Below, in pieces: positions 40,988 to 51,587 of a stretch of DNA of 64,000 bases. Origin of the DNA: an uncultured Bacteroidales bacterium. GTDB taxonomy: Bacteria > Bacteroidota > Bacteroidia > Bacteroidales > DASQZP01. The first letter of the stretch is position 1; each line of letters opens with the position of its first letter. A model generated the notes under the pieces. The model had not been told where the DNA came from. It worked only from the letters and a program-made list of their open reading frames with translations, and made no database searches. Where the stretch lies: the NCBI GenBank assembly GCA_963783315.1, contig CAWAMZ010000036.1, positions 19,042 to 83,041 on the forward strand, written 5' to 3'. The translations under genes were made by a program, and so were the position numbers.

Positions 40988-42217
40988 TTAATAAAGCATT
41001 CTGGATCTGATGGTGTGCTTAATATTTTTTAATTCCTTAATTATTTTTCTGTCCAGTTCGCTGTTTGTGTCAATGATCACATACCCTATTTCGGGATCAG
41101 TTTGCAGGAACTCAGAGGCAATGTTTATGCCTTTTGAAGTAAATACATAATTGATTTCTCTGAGAACACCCGGCAGATTTTTATGAATATGCAGGAAACG
41201 CTGTGTTGTCTCATTGGGCTGCAGCGCGATCTGCACAAAATTGGTAGCTCCAAGTGTTGAGCCGTTATCGCTGTATTTAACCAGTTTTTCAGCTACCTCC
41301 AAACCAATATTTGCCTGAGCTTCGATAGTACTGCCCCCAATATGTGGTGTAAGAATAACATTATTAAAGCGCTGAAGTTCATTCACGAAGGGTTCATCGG
41401 CAGAAGCTGGTTCTTCTTTGAAGACATCGACAGCAGCTCCGCTCAGATGATCCTCATCCAGTACCCGCGCCAGAGCAGCATAATCAACCACATCACCCCG
41501 TGAAGCATTGATCAGGCAGGCACCTTTTTTCATAGCATGTAACTCCTGTATCCCGATCATGTTCTTCGTCATATCCGTTGACGGGACATGCAGAGTTACA
41601 ATATCACTGATTTTCAGTACTTCTTCCAGGGAGCTGCACTCACGTGCATTTCCCATGCTCAGTTTTTTTTCTATGTCATAATAGAAAATATTCATACCCA
41701 TGCTTTCGGCAAGCACAGAAACCTGGGTGCCGATATGTCCGTAGCCGATAATGCCCAGGTTTTTTCCTCTTACTTCATAGGAATTGCTGGCCGACTTTAT
41801 CCACCGGCCTTCATGTGCCAGCATGTTTTTGGCAGGTATGTTTCTGATCAGCATGATACTCTCGGCAATTACCAGTTCGGCAACCGAACGGGTATTGGAG
41901 AAAGGTGCATTGAATACCGGTATTCCTTTGGTTTTGGCCGCCTTGCCATCAACCTGGTTGGTGCCAATACTGAAACATCCTATGGCGATTAGTTTTTTGG
42001 CATGAGCCAGCACCTCATCAGTAAGGTGAGTTCGTGAACGAATCCCCACGATATGAACATCTTTTATTTTTACCTTCAACTCTTCAGGATCAAGGGCACC
42101 ATTAAGCAATTCCACATTACTGTAACCGTTTTCCCGGAAATATAGCGGGGCATTTTCATGGATGCCTTCAAGTAACAGCACTTTTATCTTTTTCTTGTCA
42201 AGCGAGTATTTAGGCAT
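40988..42217 (-). CDS. serA: D-3-phosphoglycerate dehydrogenase (with C-terminal ACT domain)
   Basis: 409 aa. 2-hydroxyacid dehydrogenase NAD motif GIIGYGHIGTQ and an ACT-like tail. Confidence 0.88.
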   Translation of the reverse strand: MPKYSLDKKKIKVLLLEGIHENAPLYFRENGYSNVELLNGALDPEELKVKIKDVHIVGIRSRTHLTDEVLAHAKKLIAIGCFSIGTNQVDGKAAKTKGIPVFNAPFSNTRSVAELVIAESIMLIRNIPAKNMLAHEGRWIKSASNSYEVRGKNLGIIGYGHIGTQVSVLAESMGMNIFYYDIEKKLSMGNARECSSLEEVLKISDIVTLHVPSTDMTKNMIGIQELHAMKKGACLINASRGDVVDYAALARVLDEDHLSGAAVDVFKEEPASADEPFVNELQRFNNVILTPHIGGSTIEAQANIGLEVAEKLVKYSDNGSTLGATNFVQIALQPNETTQRFLHIHKNLPGVLREINYVFTSKGINIASEFLQTDPEIGYVIIDTNSELDRKIIKELKNIKHTIRSRMLY

Positions 42218-42312
42218 AGGGTATCGTTTACGGGATTACAAATTTTTATTGAGTAACAGGTTAATATTCAGGTTTTCTTCTGTTTATGAGAAAGCGGCTT
42301 ACAATTAACAAA

Positions 42313-44037
42313 TTACTGATTCAGCCATTTTTTAACATCATCGAGTGCTGGATTAGTAAGGCCCAGCTTATTTTTCTTATTGTAACCACAAATTTCATTA
42401 TGCAATTTACCTGCTTTTGCATTTTTAAATTTCTCCACTGTAACATACCCTAACTTTGTAAGCACCTGAATCCATTCTTCCGGAACACCCATTTCTGCAA
42501 ATTTGGAAGGATCATCTTTCTGAATTTTTTTCTCGGGGCGCATCTGGGGGAAGAACAGTACATCCTGAATAGAAGGTGCATTGGTCATGATCATGGCAAG
42601 CCGGTCGATTCCGATGCCCAGCCCTGCCGTAGGAGGCATGCCAAATTCAAGCGCACGCAGGAAATCTTCGTCAAGCACCATGGCTTCCTGATCACCCCGT
42701 TTCCCCAGCACCAGTTGTTGTTCAAACCTTTCCCGCTGGTCAATTGGATCATTCAGTTCGGAAAATGCATTGCACAATTCCTTACCATTAACAATGGCTT
42801 CAAAACGTTCCACCAGGCCTGGTTTATTCCTGTGTTTCTTTGCCAGTGGTGACATTTCAATAGGATAATCAGTAATAAATGTAGGCTGGATCAATTTTGA
42901 TTCACATTTCTCTCCGAAAATTTCGTCAATCAGCTTGCCTTTGCCCATTGTTTCATCGATCTCTACCTCAAGCTTTTTAGCTGTTTGCCTCAGTTCATCT
43001 TCATTCATTTCTGAGATGTCAATCCCTGTATATTCCTGAATTGCCTCAAACATTGTGAAACGTTTCCATGGCCTTTTAAAATCGACAATGTTTTGACCCA
43101 CCGGAAGTTTGGTTGTGCCATGCAGATCAAGGGCTACTTTCTCAATCATTTCCTCCACCAGATCCATCATCCAGTCATAATCCCTGTAGGCAACATACAA
43201 TTCGATCTGGGTAAATTCAGGATTGTGAAAACGATCCATTCCTTCGTTGCGGAAGTCTTTTGAAAACTCATACACCCCGTCATATCCGCCGACAATCAGT
43301 CTTTTCAGATACAGTTCGTTGGCGATACGCAGGTACAGGGTCTGGTCGAGTGTATTGTGATGTGTTTTGAAGGGACGGGCTGCGGCACCACCGTACAGAG
43401 GTTGCAGAACAGGGGTTTCAACCTCAAGGTAACCAAACTGGTTGAGGTATTCGCGCATCGAATTCATGATCTGTGAGCGCTTCACAAATGTGTCTTTAAC
43501 ACCCGGATTTACAATGAGATCGAGGTACCGCTGACGGTAACGCTGTTCTGCATCAGTGAAGGCATCATAGATTGCCCCGTCTTTTTCCTTCACTACGGGA
43601 AGCGGACGCAACGATTTGCTCAGCAGGGTAAATTCACGGACATGAACCGAAGTCTCGCCCATTTTGGTTATAAAAACATATCCTTTAATTCCGATAATAT
43701 CCCCAATATCCAGCAATTTCTTAAAGACCGTGTTATACATGGTTTTGTCTTCTCCGGGACAAACATCGTCACGTTTGAAATAGAGCTGTATACGACCACT
43801 TGCATCCTGAAGGTCGGCAAAAGATGCATTACCCATAATACGCCGGGTCATGATACGGCCTGCAATACTTACCTCCTGAAAATTATTTTTCTCAGGATCA
43901 TATTGTTCAAGTATCTCTTTAGCAGATGTATTTACTTCATATTTTGCAGCAGGATAGGGTTCTATCCCTAAGTTTCTCAATTCCTCCAGCGATTGTCTTC
44001 TGAATTTTTCCTGTTCACTTAGTTCCAACATACTCAT
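42313..44037 (-). CDS. lysS: lysine--tRNA ligase (class II) with a C-terminal extension of about 70 aa
   Basis: Collinear with E. coli LysS ([27 protein letters not shown]). The ATG at 44037 is preferred, because a TAnnTTTG box lies inside the longer ORF. Extra tail after FFPQMRPE. Confidence 0.92.
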   Translation of the reverse strand: MSMLELSEQEKFRRQSLEELRNLGIEPYPAAKYEVNTSAKEILEQYDPEKNNFQEVSIAGRIMTRRIMGNASFADLQDASGRIQLYFKRDDVCPGEDKTMYNTVFKKLLDIGDIIGIKGYVFITKMGETSVHVREFTLLSKSLRPLPVVKEKDGAIYDAFTDAEQRYRQRYLDLIVNPGVKDTFVKRSQIMNSMREYLNQFGYLEVETPVLQPLYGGAAARPFKTHHNTLDQTLYLRIANELYLKRLIVGGYDGVYEFSKDFRNEGMDRFHNPEFTQIELYVAYRDYDWMMDLVEEMIEKVALDLHGTTKLPVGQNIVDFKRPWKRFTMFEAIQEYTGIDISEMNEDELRQTAKKLEVEIDETMGKGKLIDEIFGEKCESKLIQPTFITDYPIEMSPLAKKHRNKPGLVERFEAIVNGKELCNAFSELNDPIDQRERFEQQLVLGKRGDQEAMVLDEDFLRALEFGMPPTAGLGIGIDRLAMIMTNAPSIQDVLFFPQMRPEKKIQKDDPSKFAEMGVPEEWIQVLTKLGYVTVEKFKNAKAGKLHNEICGYNKKNKLGLTNPALDDVKKWLNQ

Positions 44038-44058
44038 TAGTCCATATTTGAATTTTTG

Positions 44059-44066
44059 CAAAGATA
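44059..44066 (-). promoter_or_regulatory. candidate -7 box (TATCTTTG) for lysS
   Basis: Exact TAnnTTTG match on the minus strand, 22 nt upstream of the ATG at 44037. Motif evidence only. Confidence 0.35.
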
Positions 44067-44205
44067 TAATTTTCTGGGTTATCACTAAAGAGGCAATTTG
44101 GCTAAATGTCAATATCCTGTAAAACATTCTGATAATTTCTTCAGGACGGATGATTCCTTAAAAGGATTAAATGAATATCTTCGTGGTCAATAAAAATTAT
44201 ACTTG

Positions 44206-45249
44206 ATGATCAATCACGAAGAAGCCATACTGGAATCCATTGTGTTGCACAGGGTAGGGAACAAGACTGAAGAGGACGGGATTCGTTTTTCAAAAAGCCC
44301 GCTTAAAACCGATGAAGAGGTGAATGAATTGCTCATCCGTTATTTTTTTTCACCATTTAAGCAACAGGAATATTATAATTTATATCACGAGTCTGATCTT
44401 ACAATGAACGAAGTGTACCGGTATGTGTCAATGATTTTTGAAAATCCGGAATCTCTGTATGATCAGTCGGTGAACCTGGCCAAACATTTGTACGAGCATT
44501 CGGAACATCCGAAAATAAGACGCGGCGAATTTTATGTAGTTTATTTCAGCGACTGTGTGGTGGATGGTGAACTGGTTGATGCAGTGGGCCTTTTCAAATC
44601 AGAATCTCATGAAACTTACCTGAAAGTATATGCCCGTGATGATAATTTTGAGATCAATCATGATGACGGGATCAACATAAACAAGCTCGATAAAGGATGT
44701 TTGATCTTTAATACTGAGAAGGAAAAAGGTTATCTTGTTGCGGTGGTTGATAACCTGAGCAAAGGGAGTGAAGCTCATTTCTGGAAGGATGATTTTCTGC
44801 ATATAGTGCAGCGACAGGATGAATTTTTTCATACAAATAACGTGATGCAGCTTTGCAAACAATTTGTGAAGGAAAAGCTCCCAGGGGAATTTGATGTGAA
44901 CAAGGTGGATCAGGCTGATATGCTGAATAAATCTGCCACCTTCCTCAAGGAGAATGAAAAATTCAATCTGGATGCCTTTACAAGCGAGGTAATTAAGCAG
45001 CCTGAGGTAATTGAATCATTTAAAAGTTACAAGGAAGAGTTCGAATCGGAGCAGGATTTTCATATTGCCGATGATTTTGAGATCTCCGGAGCCGCGGCTA
45101 AAAAAAATGCAAGGTTTTTGAAAAGCGTAATTAAGCTGGATAAGAATTTTCATATTTATGTGCACGGCAATCGGGAAAATATTGAGAAAGGATTTGATGA
45201 TACGACCGGCAAACATTACTACCGCTTATATTTTGACCAGGAAACCTGA
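44206..45249 (+). CDS. nucleoid-associated protein, NdpA/YejK-like
   Basis: 347 aa. The N-terminus ILESIVLHRVGNK is typical of this family in Bacteroidota as I recall it. Confidence 0.55.
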   Translation: MINHEEAILESIVLHRVGNKTEEDGIRFSKSPLKTDEEVNELLIRYFFSPFKQQEYYNLYHESDLTMNEVYRYVSMIFENPESLYDQSVNLAKHLYEHSEHPKIRRGEFYVVYFSDCVVDGELVDAVGLFKSESHETYLKVYARDDNFEINHDDGININKLDKGCLIFNTEKEKGYLVAVVDNLSKGSEAHFWKDDFLHIVQRQDEFFHTNNVMQLCKQFVKEKLPGEFDVNKVDQADMLNKSATFLKENEKFNLDAFTSEVIKQPEVIESFKSYKEEFESEQDFHIADDFEISGAAAKKNARFLKSVIKLDKNFHIYVHGNRENIEKGFDDTTGKHYYRLYFDQET

Positions 45250-45293
45250 TCAGGATGGTATATTTCACTAAATGATTTTTCTAACCTGTTAAT

Positions 45294-45896
45294 TCAAAAA
45301 ATAATGGTACCCTCTGCCGGATTACCGGATTGTATTGCTGTACCGTTGAGGTAACGTTTTCCGCCCAGCCAGGCAAGCACTGCATCTGCTTCGTGCCAGT
45401 TTGTGGGCTCATCAGCAAAAGGAAAGCCGCACGTTTCTTCCAGCTTTATCAGATAGCCGGTCATGTTTTCTTTTTCTTTGTATTTAAGATGATAAGCTTC
45501 CATCAGGATTTCCGAGACTTTCTTTGGATAGGTCTCCAGAAATTCAATCTTTTTACCCAGGTATTCATCCCTCAGTTTAATCGCTCTGGCGGTCAATCCG
45601 CCCAGAAACATGGGCGACATGGCTTTCGTTTCCCTGTCTGCCAGTCTGTAGAAATAGTCTGGATCAGAAATTTTCTTGGTATAAATCATTGGTAAACTCA
45701 GAGGTGCATCAATAAAAATATATTGCGGACAGTACGCGTCAATCTGGTTTCTCAACCATTTATCAGCATCTTCGTTCTTTTTCACTGAGGATACATGAAG
45801 CTTCTTATCTTTCAGAAATGCTACAGCAGTAGTTCCGGCCTTGCGGGCTCCGAAATCAACTCCCATAAATTTTACTTCCGTGCTGTTTACCGGCAT
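45294..45896 (-). CDS. DUF429-like (predicted RNase H-fold) protein
   Basis: MGVDFGARKAGTTAVAF...IFIDAPLSLP pattern. The internal Met at 45896 is chosen because the longer ORF overlaps the upstream nitroreductase gene. Confidence 0.45.
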   Translation of the reverse strand: MPVNSTEVKFMGVDFGARKAGTTAVAFLKDKKLHVSSVKKNEDADKWLRNQIDAYCPQYIFIDAPLSLPMIYTKKISDPDYFYRLADRETKAMSPMFLGGLTARAIKLRDEYLGKKIEFLETYPKKVSEILMEAYHLKYKEKENMTGYLIKLEETCGFPFADEPTNWHEADAVLAWLGGKRYLNGTAIQSGNPAEGTIIF

Positions 45897-45936
45897 CTGC
45901 AGTGGGTTTTCTTCCTGTATTGAAAGAGCAAAAGGG

Positions 45937-46521
45937 TCAGGGTAATTTATTTTTAAAAACCAGTTCAGGCAGTGGTTTTCTTTTTCGTTGGGCCATTTCG
46001 CGTATCCGTAAGGATTCACTGAGTTTTTCAGGGCTGTCAAGGTAACCTAGGGCTATGAAACAAACGGGTTCCAGAGATTCCGGGATACTGAAAGTCTCAA
46101 TGGTCTTTTCCATATCGAAACCGCCCATCATGTGCCCATGAATACCCAGATGGAGTGCCTGCAGAATAAGGGAAATGTTAGCCGAGCCGGTGTCGTGCAT
46201 ATAATGACGATTGGGCTTGCCATTACGGGCAATATACTTTTCGGCCATGCTGATAATCAATACTGCTGCATTTTTTGCCCACTCCTGGTTGGTAGGGTTC
46301 AGGCAGGCTACAAACTTATTGAAGTTTTCATCATCACGATGTGCATACAGGTAACGCCATGGCTGTTCGTTCATACTGCTTGGCGCCCACGATGCTGCTA
46401 AAAATATTGTTTCCAGGTCTTCTTTACTTATTTTTTCATCTGTAAATGAACGGGGGCTCCATCGTTTAACAATTAGTGGGTGCATCGACCTGTTCATTCG
46501 TATCTCTTTTGCTTTTGCCAT
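45937..46521 (-). CDS. nitroreductase family protein
   Basis: 194 aa. RWSPRSF...LEAASWAPSSMNEQPW type N-terminus. Confidence 0.8.
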   Translation of the reverse strand: MAKAKEIRMNRSMHPLIVKRWSPRSFTDEKISKEDLETIFLAASWAPSSMNEQPWRYLYAHRDDENFNKFVACLNPTNQEWAKNAAVLIISMAEKYIARNGKPNRHYMHDTGSANISLILQALHLGIHGHMMGGFDMEKTIETFSIPESLEPVCFIALGYLDSPEKLSESLRIREMAQRKRKPLPELVFKNKLP

Positions 46522-46564
46522 AGTTCTTTTTAATAATTATCTTAACAGAATAAGAATGAAAACA

Positions 46565-47278
46565 TCAGATATCAAGCGGGACTTCCATTAACAACAGTCT
46601 GGAATCCTGGCGGATTTCAATATTATTAATTTGGGATGTGTCCCAAATTCCAATTCCATCGCGTTTTTCCATCTGTTGTGAGTCAACAGATATACTGCCT
46701 TCCAACAGAAAAATATAAACCCCGTTCTTTTCTTTATTTAAAGCGTAATCAACCGAGGTATCCTTTTTGGCTTCAAGCAGACTGAACCAGGCATCCTGAT
46801 AGATCCAGACTCCGGAATCGTCAGGAATTGGTGATACAATCTGCTGCCACTGGTTTAAAGAGGTTTTGTCGAGTGTGACCTGGTCGTAACGCGGTTCAAC
46901 ATTCTGCTTATTGGGAATAATCCATATCTGAAGAAATTTTACTTCCTGATCCCGGTTTTTATTCTTTTCACTGTGATAAATACCTGATCCGGCGCTCATT
47001 ACCTGAACATCGCCCTGTCTGATAATCTGTGTATTACCCATACTGTCTTTGTGTTCCAGATCCCCTGACAATGGAATGGAAATAATCTCCATATTCTCAT
47101 GCGGATGCAGGCCAAATCCCATCCCGGGGGCTACTGTATCGTCATTCAGTACACGAAGTGCGCCAAACTGGATTCGCTTCGGATCATAATAGTCGGCAAA
47201 ACTGAAGGTATGCCAGGTGTCCAGCCATCCATGATTGGCATGACCCCTGGAAGAAGCTTTATGATAAATTGTTTTCAT
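46565..47278 (-). CDS. pirin family (cupin) protein
   Basis: 237 aa. HPHENMEIISIPLSG metal-binding motif. Confidence 0.85.
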   Translation of the reverse strand: MKTIYHKASSRGHANHGWLDTWHTFSFADYYDPKRIQFGALRVLNDDTVAPGMGFGLHPHENMEIISIPLSGDLEHKDSMGNTQIIRQGDVQVMSAGSGIYHSEKNKNRDQEVKFLQIWIIPNKQNVEPRYDQVTLDKTSLNQWQQIVSPIPDDSGVWIYQDAWFSLLEAKKDTSVDYALNKEKNGVYIFLLEGSISVDSQQMEKRDGIGIWDTSQINNIEIRQDSRLLLMEVPLDI

Positions 47279-47440
47279 TTTGATTCCTTTTTCGTTGTTA
47301 TAAATCTGGTTAAACCGGATTTTATGGTAAACAACAAGTAAAGAGAAAGGTTTAGCCTGAAAATATGGTGTTGCAGTTATTGCTGGAATGCATCCTGTAA
47401 AAGGGAAGGCTTTGAAGAAAATGTTGAGCGTTATTTGTGA

Positions 47441-47510
47441 TAAATAAAAAAAGATGGCAATGACAGTGAGGACAATTGGGAGGGAAGGTTACCTTTTCAT
47501 TGCCATCTTT
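47441..47510 (-). terminator. second terminator-like hairpin downstream of bglX (or the 3' end of a small RNA)
   Basis: Perfect 14-bp inverted repeat, A-AAGATGGCAATGA (47450-47463) with TCATTGCCATCTT-T (47497-47510), and a 33-nt loop. The minus strand follows with UUUUUAUUUA. Confidence 0.45.
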
Positions 47511-47544
47511 CGGGAGGTTCTTCTGTGATGCTGTTTCATTGAGA

Positions 47545-47588
47545 ATTAAAATGTTAAATGTGAGCCGTAGTTTTGTTGTACGGCTCAC
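47545..47588 (-). terminator. terminator hairpin immediately after bglX
   Basis: Perfect 10-bp stem, GTGAGCCGTA (47560-47569) with TACGGCTCAC (47579-47588), 31 nt after the bglX stop. A moderately U-rich tract follows on the minus strand. Confidence 0.55.
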
Positions 47589-47619
47589 TTGTTTACAAAC
47601 TTTTTAATTGTGCATCAGA

Positions 47620-49860
47620 CTATTTCAGATAAAACGTTTCATTTTTTACCTGGTCTGAATTTGTTCCGACAAAGACATTGAATTCACCGGGTTCAGTAAT
47701 CCATTTTCCATCTTTGTAAAATACAAGATCATTTTTGTTCAGCTTGAAGCTGACTGTTTCTTTGGCTCCCGGATCAAGGGTGACACGGGTAAAACCTTTT
47801 AGCTCTTTAACCGGTTGTGTAATTGATGCAACCAGATCGCGGATATACAACTGAACGGTTTCAGTGCCTGTTACTTTACCCGTATTGGTAACTTCCACAG
47901 TTACCTCCAGGGCTTCATCACCAGTGATTGTATCCTTGTTCAGAGAGATGGCTGAGTATTCAAAGCTACTGTAACTAAGGCCATATCCGAAAGGATACAG
48001 CGGTTTTATAGGAGCATCGATGTATTTGGAAGTATATCTCACTGTAGTGACGCCGGGTCGTCCTGTATTTTTATGGTTGTAATAAATGGGGATCTGGCCG
48101 GTAGTATAGGGAAAAGTAACAGGGAGTTTTCCTGAGGGGTTGTATTTTCCTGTCAGAATATCAGCGATTGCATGGCCTCCTTCTGTTCCGGGCCACCAGG
48201 CTTCAAGCACAGCATCGGCATTCTCAGCTATCTCTGGTATGGCAAGTGGTCGGCCGTTGAACAGGACAACCACTATTTTCTTTCCGGTTTTTTTCAATGC
48301 CTCAAACAATTTGGTTTGAACACCCGGAAGGTCAATATGAGCGCGACTGAGGGCTTCACCGGTCATCATTGCACTTTCACCAACAGCCAGAATAATCAGA
48401 TCGGATCTGTCGGCGGTATTCACAGCTGCAGGGATACCGGAAGCATCGTCATCAATGATCTCGCATCCCTTAATATAATTAATAGCGACACCGGGTAAAG
48501 CTTCTTTCAGTCCATCGAACAGTGAAACCGATTCACTGCCTACACCGTGAGCCGACCAGGTACCGATCAGATTGTCCTTATCATCAGCAAGCGGGCCAAT
48601 GAGTGCAATACTTTTTATGTTACCATTTAAAGGCAACACTTCAGATTTATTTTTTAGCAATACCATCGATTTTCTGGCTACATCCCGGGCTGCTTCACGA
48701 TTGGATGCAGAAAGCAGTTCAGCCTTTTCCCTTTGTTCATCACAATATTTGTAAGGATCATCGAACAAGCCCAGTTTGAATTTAAGCTGCAGTACACGTT
48801 TAACTGCATCGTTCAGTTGTTCCTCTGAAATTTTTCCGTCTTCAATTAATTTTTCCATCTGGGTGATGTATACATTGCCCTGCATGTCCATATCCACACC
48901 AGCAGTGAATGATTCATAACCAGCATGATACTTGTCAGCCACAAATCCATGAGTGATCATTTCGCTGATTGATGCCCAGTCGGAAACAACCATTCCCTTA
49001 AAATTCCAGTCACTTCTCAGAATATCATGCAACAGGTATTTATTTCCGGATGCGGGTACACCGTTGAAATCATTGAAAGAGCTCATGAGGGTGGCAGCCC
49101 CAGCATCAACGGCGGCTTTATAGGGAGGCAGGTAAACCTGGTGGAGCATGACATCTGACATGTCCACGGTATTGTAATCTCTTCCGCCAATGGCTGCACC
49201 ATAGGCGGCATAATGCTTGATACAGGCAGCAACTGTATTGATTGCTTCCAGATTATCATCCTGGAATCCTTTGACGCGGGCTTCTGCAATGCGGGAACCC
49301 AGGTAAGGATCTTCTCCGGAGCCTTCCATGATTCTTCCCCAGCGCGGGTCACGGGCAATGTCCACCATCGGGGCAAATGTCCAGTGCTGACCGGCTGAAG
49401 CTGCTTCAGTAGCAGCTACACGGGCACTCTTCTGTATTGCTTCCAGGTCCCAGCTGGATGCCTCTCCCAATGGGACAGGAAAAATGGTGCGATATCCGTG
49501 AATGACATCATAACCAAACACCAATGGAATACCCAGTCGGCTTTCTTCTACAGCAATACGCTGCATTTCACGCGTATAGCGCGAACCGGTTACATTGAGC
49601 ATGGAACCAACTTTGCCTTCTTTGACAAGGTCCTGACTGCTGTTTGCTTCTTGCAGAGGGCCGGTTAGTTCTCCAAGACCGGTAATCTGATTTAATTGTC
49701 CGATTTTTTCTTCAAGCGTCATCAGCTGCAAAACAGAATCGACACGTGTATCAATAGTAGTTGATGTATTCATATTACTTCCTCCGGGTTGCTGACAACT
49801 GATTAAAAATATAAGCGCAGTCAGTATGCCCGCAAGATGAAAATGTAATTTTCCTTTCAT
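47620..49860 (-). CDS. bglX: glycoside hydrolase family 3 beta-glucosidase (BglX-like), secreted
   Basis: 746 aa. Lipoprotein-like signal (LISCQ), GH3 motifs (GFVVSDW-type MVVSDWAS) and a C-terminal fibronectin-like domain. Confidence 0.9.
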   Translation of the reverse strand: MKGKLHFHLAGILTALIFLISCQQPGGSNMNTSTTIDTRVDSVLQLMTLEEKIGQLNQITGLGELTGPLQEANSSQDLVKEGKVGSMLNVTGSRYTREMQRIAVEESRLGIPLVFGYDVIHGYRTIFPVPLGEASSWDLEAIQKSARVAATEAASAGQHWTFAPMVDIARDPRWGRIMEGSGEDPYLGSRIAEARVKGFQDDNLEAINTVAACIKHYAAYGAAIGGRDYNTVDMSDVMLHQVYLPPYKAAVDAGAATLMSSFNDFNGVPASGNKYLLHDILRSDWNFKGMVVSDWASISEMITHGFVADKYHAGYESFTAGVDMDMQGNVYITQMEKLIEDGKISEEQLNDAVKRVLQLKFKLGLFDDPYKYCDEQREKAELLSASNREAARDVARKSMVLLKNKSEVLPLNGNIKSIALIGPLADDKDNLIGTWSAHGVGSESVSLFDGLKEALPGVAINYIKGCEIIDDDASGIPAAVNTADRSDLIILAVGESAMMTGEALSRAHIDLPGVQTKLFEALKKTGKKIVVVLFNGRPLAIPEIAENADAVLEAWWPGTEGGHAIADILTGKYNPSGKLPVTFPYTTGQIPIYYNHKNTGRPGVTTVRYTSKYIDAPIKPLYPFGYGLSYSSFEYSAISLNKDTITGDEALEVTVEVTNTGKVTGTETVQLYIRDLVASITQPVKELKGFTRVTLDPGAKETVSFKLNKNDLVFYKDGKWITEPGEFNVFVGTNSDQVKNETFYLK

Positions 49861-49936
49861 GGTTAGTTAGTTTACTTTGATTTTAAAATTTTAATAAATT
49901 TAGTAATTTTTAAGGTAGTGTTCCTACAAAAAACAG

Positions 49937-49944
49937 CAAAAATA
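49937..49944 (-). promoter_or_regulatory. candidate -7 box (TATTTTTG) for bglX
   Basis: Exact TAnnTTTG match on the minus strand, about 77 nt upstream of the ATG. Motif evidence only. Confidence 0.3.
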
Positions 49945-50258
49945 TTTATCTTATCATTAAGAGGTTGAAAAGAAACCCGCAAAAAGCAGAAATAACGTAC
50001 CTGTAAGATTTTTTGTTTTCAATCATACACTTTTTGCAAAGAAAAAACAGCTGATAATTATAAAGGTTTTTTGTTATTAGGCAATTATTGTAGATATTCT
50101 GTATTACAGCAGGTTGTTCACTGTTAAAGTTTTTCAACCTGTTACACTGATCGCTTTTGACGAGGGATGGTATTTGTATAAACCTATCGTAAATGATTGA
50201 AGGTTAGTAAGTATTATTTGGGTTTGACCATGGATATATTTATTTTTGTCATAAAAAA

Positions 50259-50504
50259 ATGGATTGTCGTCCAAACTGCGGCGCCTGTTGTATAGCGCCT
50301 TCAATTTCTTCACCAATTCCAGGCATGCCCAAAGGGAAGCCGGCGGGGGTAAAGTGCATTCATCTTACATCCGATTTGAAATGCGATTTGTTCGGAAAAC
50401 CTGAAAGGCCTCCCGTCTGCAGCAAATTCATGGCAGAACCTATTGTTTGCGGAACCAGCCGGGAAGAGGCACTTAACCTGCTTACTATGCTGGAAAATTG
50501 CTGA
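50259..50504 (+). CDS. YkgJ-family cysteine-cluster (CxxCxxCC) protein
   Basis: 81 aa. The pattern CRPNCGACC...C..L......C.L.....RP.VC is typical of the putative Zn/Fe-chelating domain. Confidence 0.6.
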   Translation: MDCRPNCGACCIAPSISSPIPGMPKGKPAGVKCIHLTSDLKCDLFGKPERPPVCSKFMAEPIVCGTSREEALNLLTMLENC

Positions 50505-50667
50505 ACTGGGATAGGCCGGTTAAACATCAGCTTTTGTTGTTTACATTATTAAATTATCGTAACCGGTTGCTGGTGCTTAATTCATCTGATTCAATGAGGT
50601 CGGAAAGACTGGAATCAGCGTAATAATTTTTACATTTGCGTCAAAATGTTGAATTGTGACAAAAAGG

Positions 50668-51582
50668 ATGAACAGGGCTGCAAAGATCTTCACAGCCAAT
50701 AAGGGTATTATTTTTATGATCATTGCATCATTTTTTTTTGCCATCATGGGTGCGTGCGTTAAGGTACTCAGCAAAAATCTTGATTCAATCCAGATTGTTT
50801 TCTTCCGGAATATTTTCGGGACATTGTTCATTTTACTTTCTATGATGCGCCGGCCGCTGAAAAACAAGCGAGGCCGGCCTCTTCTTTTGATATTCAGGGG
50901 GCTTGCCGGAACGCTTGCTCTCTATGCCTTGTTTTATAATATGTCAAACATTGGCCTTGGAGTATCTATTACCTTTTTGCAAACATCACCTATTTTTGTT
51001 GCTGTATTTTCATTGTTTTTCCTTCACGAGAAACTCAGCCTGCGTGGCTGGATCTCTATTTTCGTTGGTTTTGCCGGCATTCTGCTTGTCTTTCAACCCT
51101 CCGGCGGACTCGATTTAAAGAGCAGCATGCTGGGACTGTTCAATGGAATAGCTGCAGGCGCAGCCTATACTTCAGTAAGGGAATTGCGCAAATACTACGA
51201 TGCAAGGTCAATCGTCCTTTCCTTCATGGTGGCAGGCATTATGCTTCCTGTTATATCCATCATAGTCGGAGAGGTTAGCGGTATACACGGGATGGATTAT
51301 TTGTTTTCGACATTTAAATTTCCTGTTGGCAGTCAATGGATCTGGGCAATTATGGTTGGTGTTACCGCGCTGCTCGGACAACTCTCTGTTACCAGGGCCT
51401 ATGCTGAAGAAAGTGCCGGTATTGTGGCGGCTGTGGGATACGTCACCATTCCCTTTTCAATTATCATTGGCACCTTGCTGGGGGATGCCTGGCCCGGCAT
51501 TATAAGTATTGCCGGGATGGCTCTGATCATCATCAGTGGTATACTGATCTCTTTTCGGTCAAATCAAAAAGCTGACAAATAA
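50668..51582 (+). CDS. EamA/DMT-family transporter
   Basis: About 304 aa with ten hydrophobic segments in two EamA-like halves. ATG at 50668; a GTG at 50656 is also possible. Confidence 0.75.
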   Translation: MNRAAKIFTANKGIIFMIIASFFFAIMGACVKVLSKNLDSIQIVFFRNIFGTLFILLSMMRRPLKNKRGRPLLLIFRGLAGTLALYALFYNMSNIGLGVSITFLQTSPIFVAVFSLFFLHEKLSLRGWISIFVGFAGILLVFQPSGGLDLKSSMLGLFNGIAAGAAYTSVRELRKYYDARSIVLSFMVAGIMLPVISIIVGEVSGIHGMDYLFSTFKFPVGSQWIWAIMVGVTALLGQLSVTRAYAEESAGIVAAVGYVTIPFSIIIGTLLGDAWPGIISIAGMALIIISGILISFRSNQKADK

Positions 51583-51587
51583 AATTA

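Noticed and set aside
44038-44127. 30-codon N-terminal extension of lysS in the ORF track.
   Set aside because: A TAnnTTTG box (44059-44066) lies inside it, and homology to LysS begins after the Met at 44037.
45897-46040. 48-codon N-terminal extension of the DUF429-like ORF, overlapping the nitroreductase gene by 104 nt.
   Set aside because: Such a long same-strand overlap is unlikely. The internal Met at 45896 removes the overlap and precedes the conserved MGVDFG segment.
47352-47588. 78-aa minus-strand ORF between the pirin gene and bglX.
   Set aside because: It spans both terminator hairpins, contains a CHCHC run that derives from the inverted repeat, and has no start context. It is more likely non-coding.
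49861-50258. 398-bp AT-rich spacer with two short minus-strand ORFs (49946-50137 and 50134-50316).
   Set aside because: Their sequences are low-complexity (N/K/I/F-rich) with no motifs. The region holds the predicted bglX promoter, so I treat it as regulatory or non-coding.
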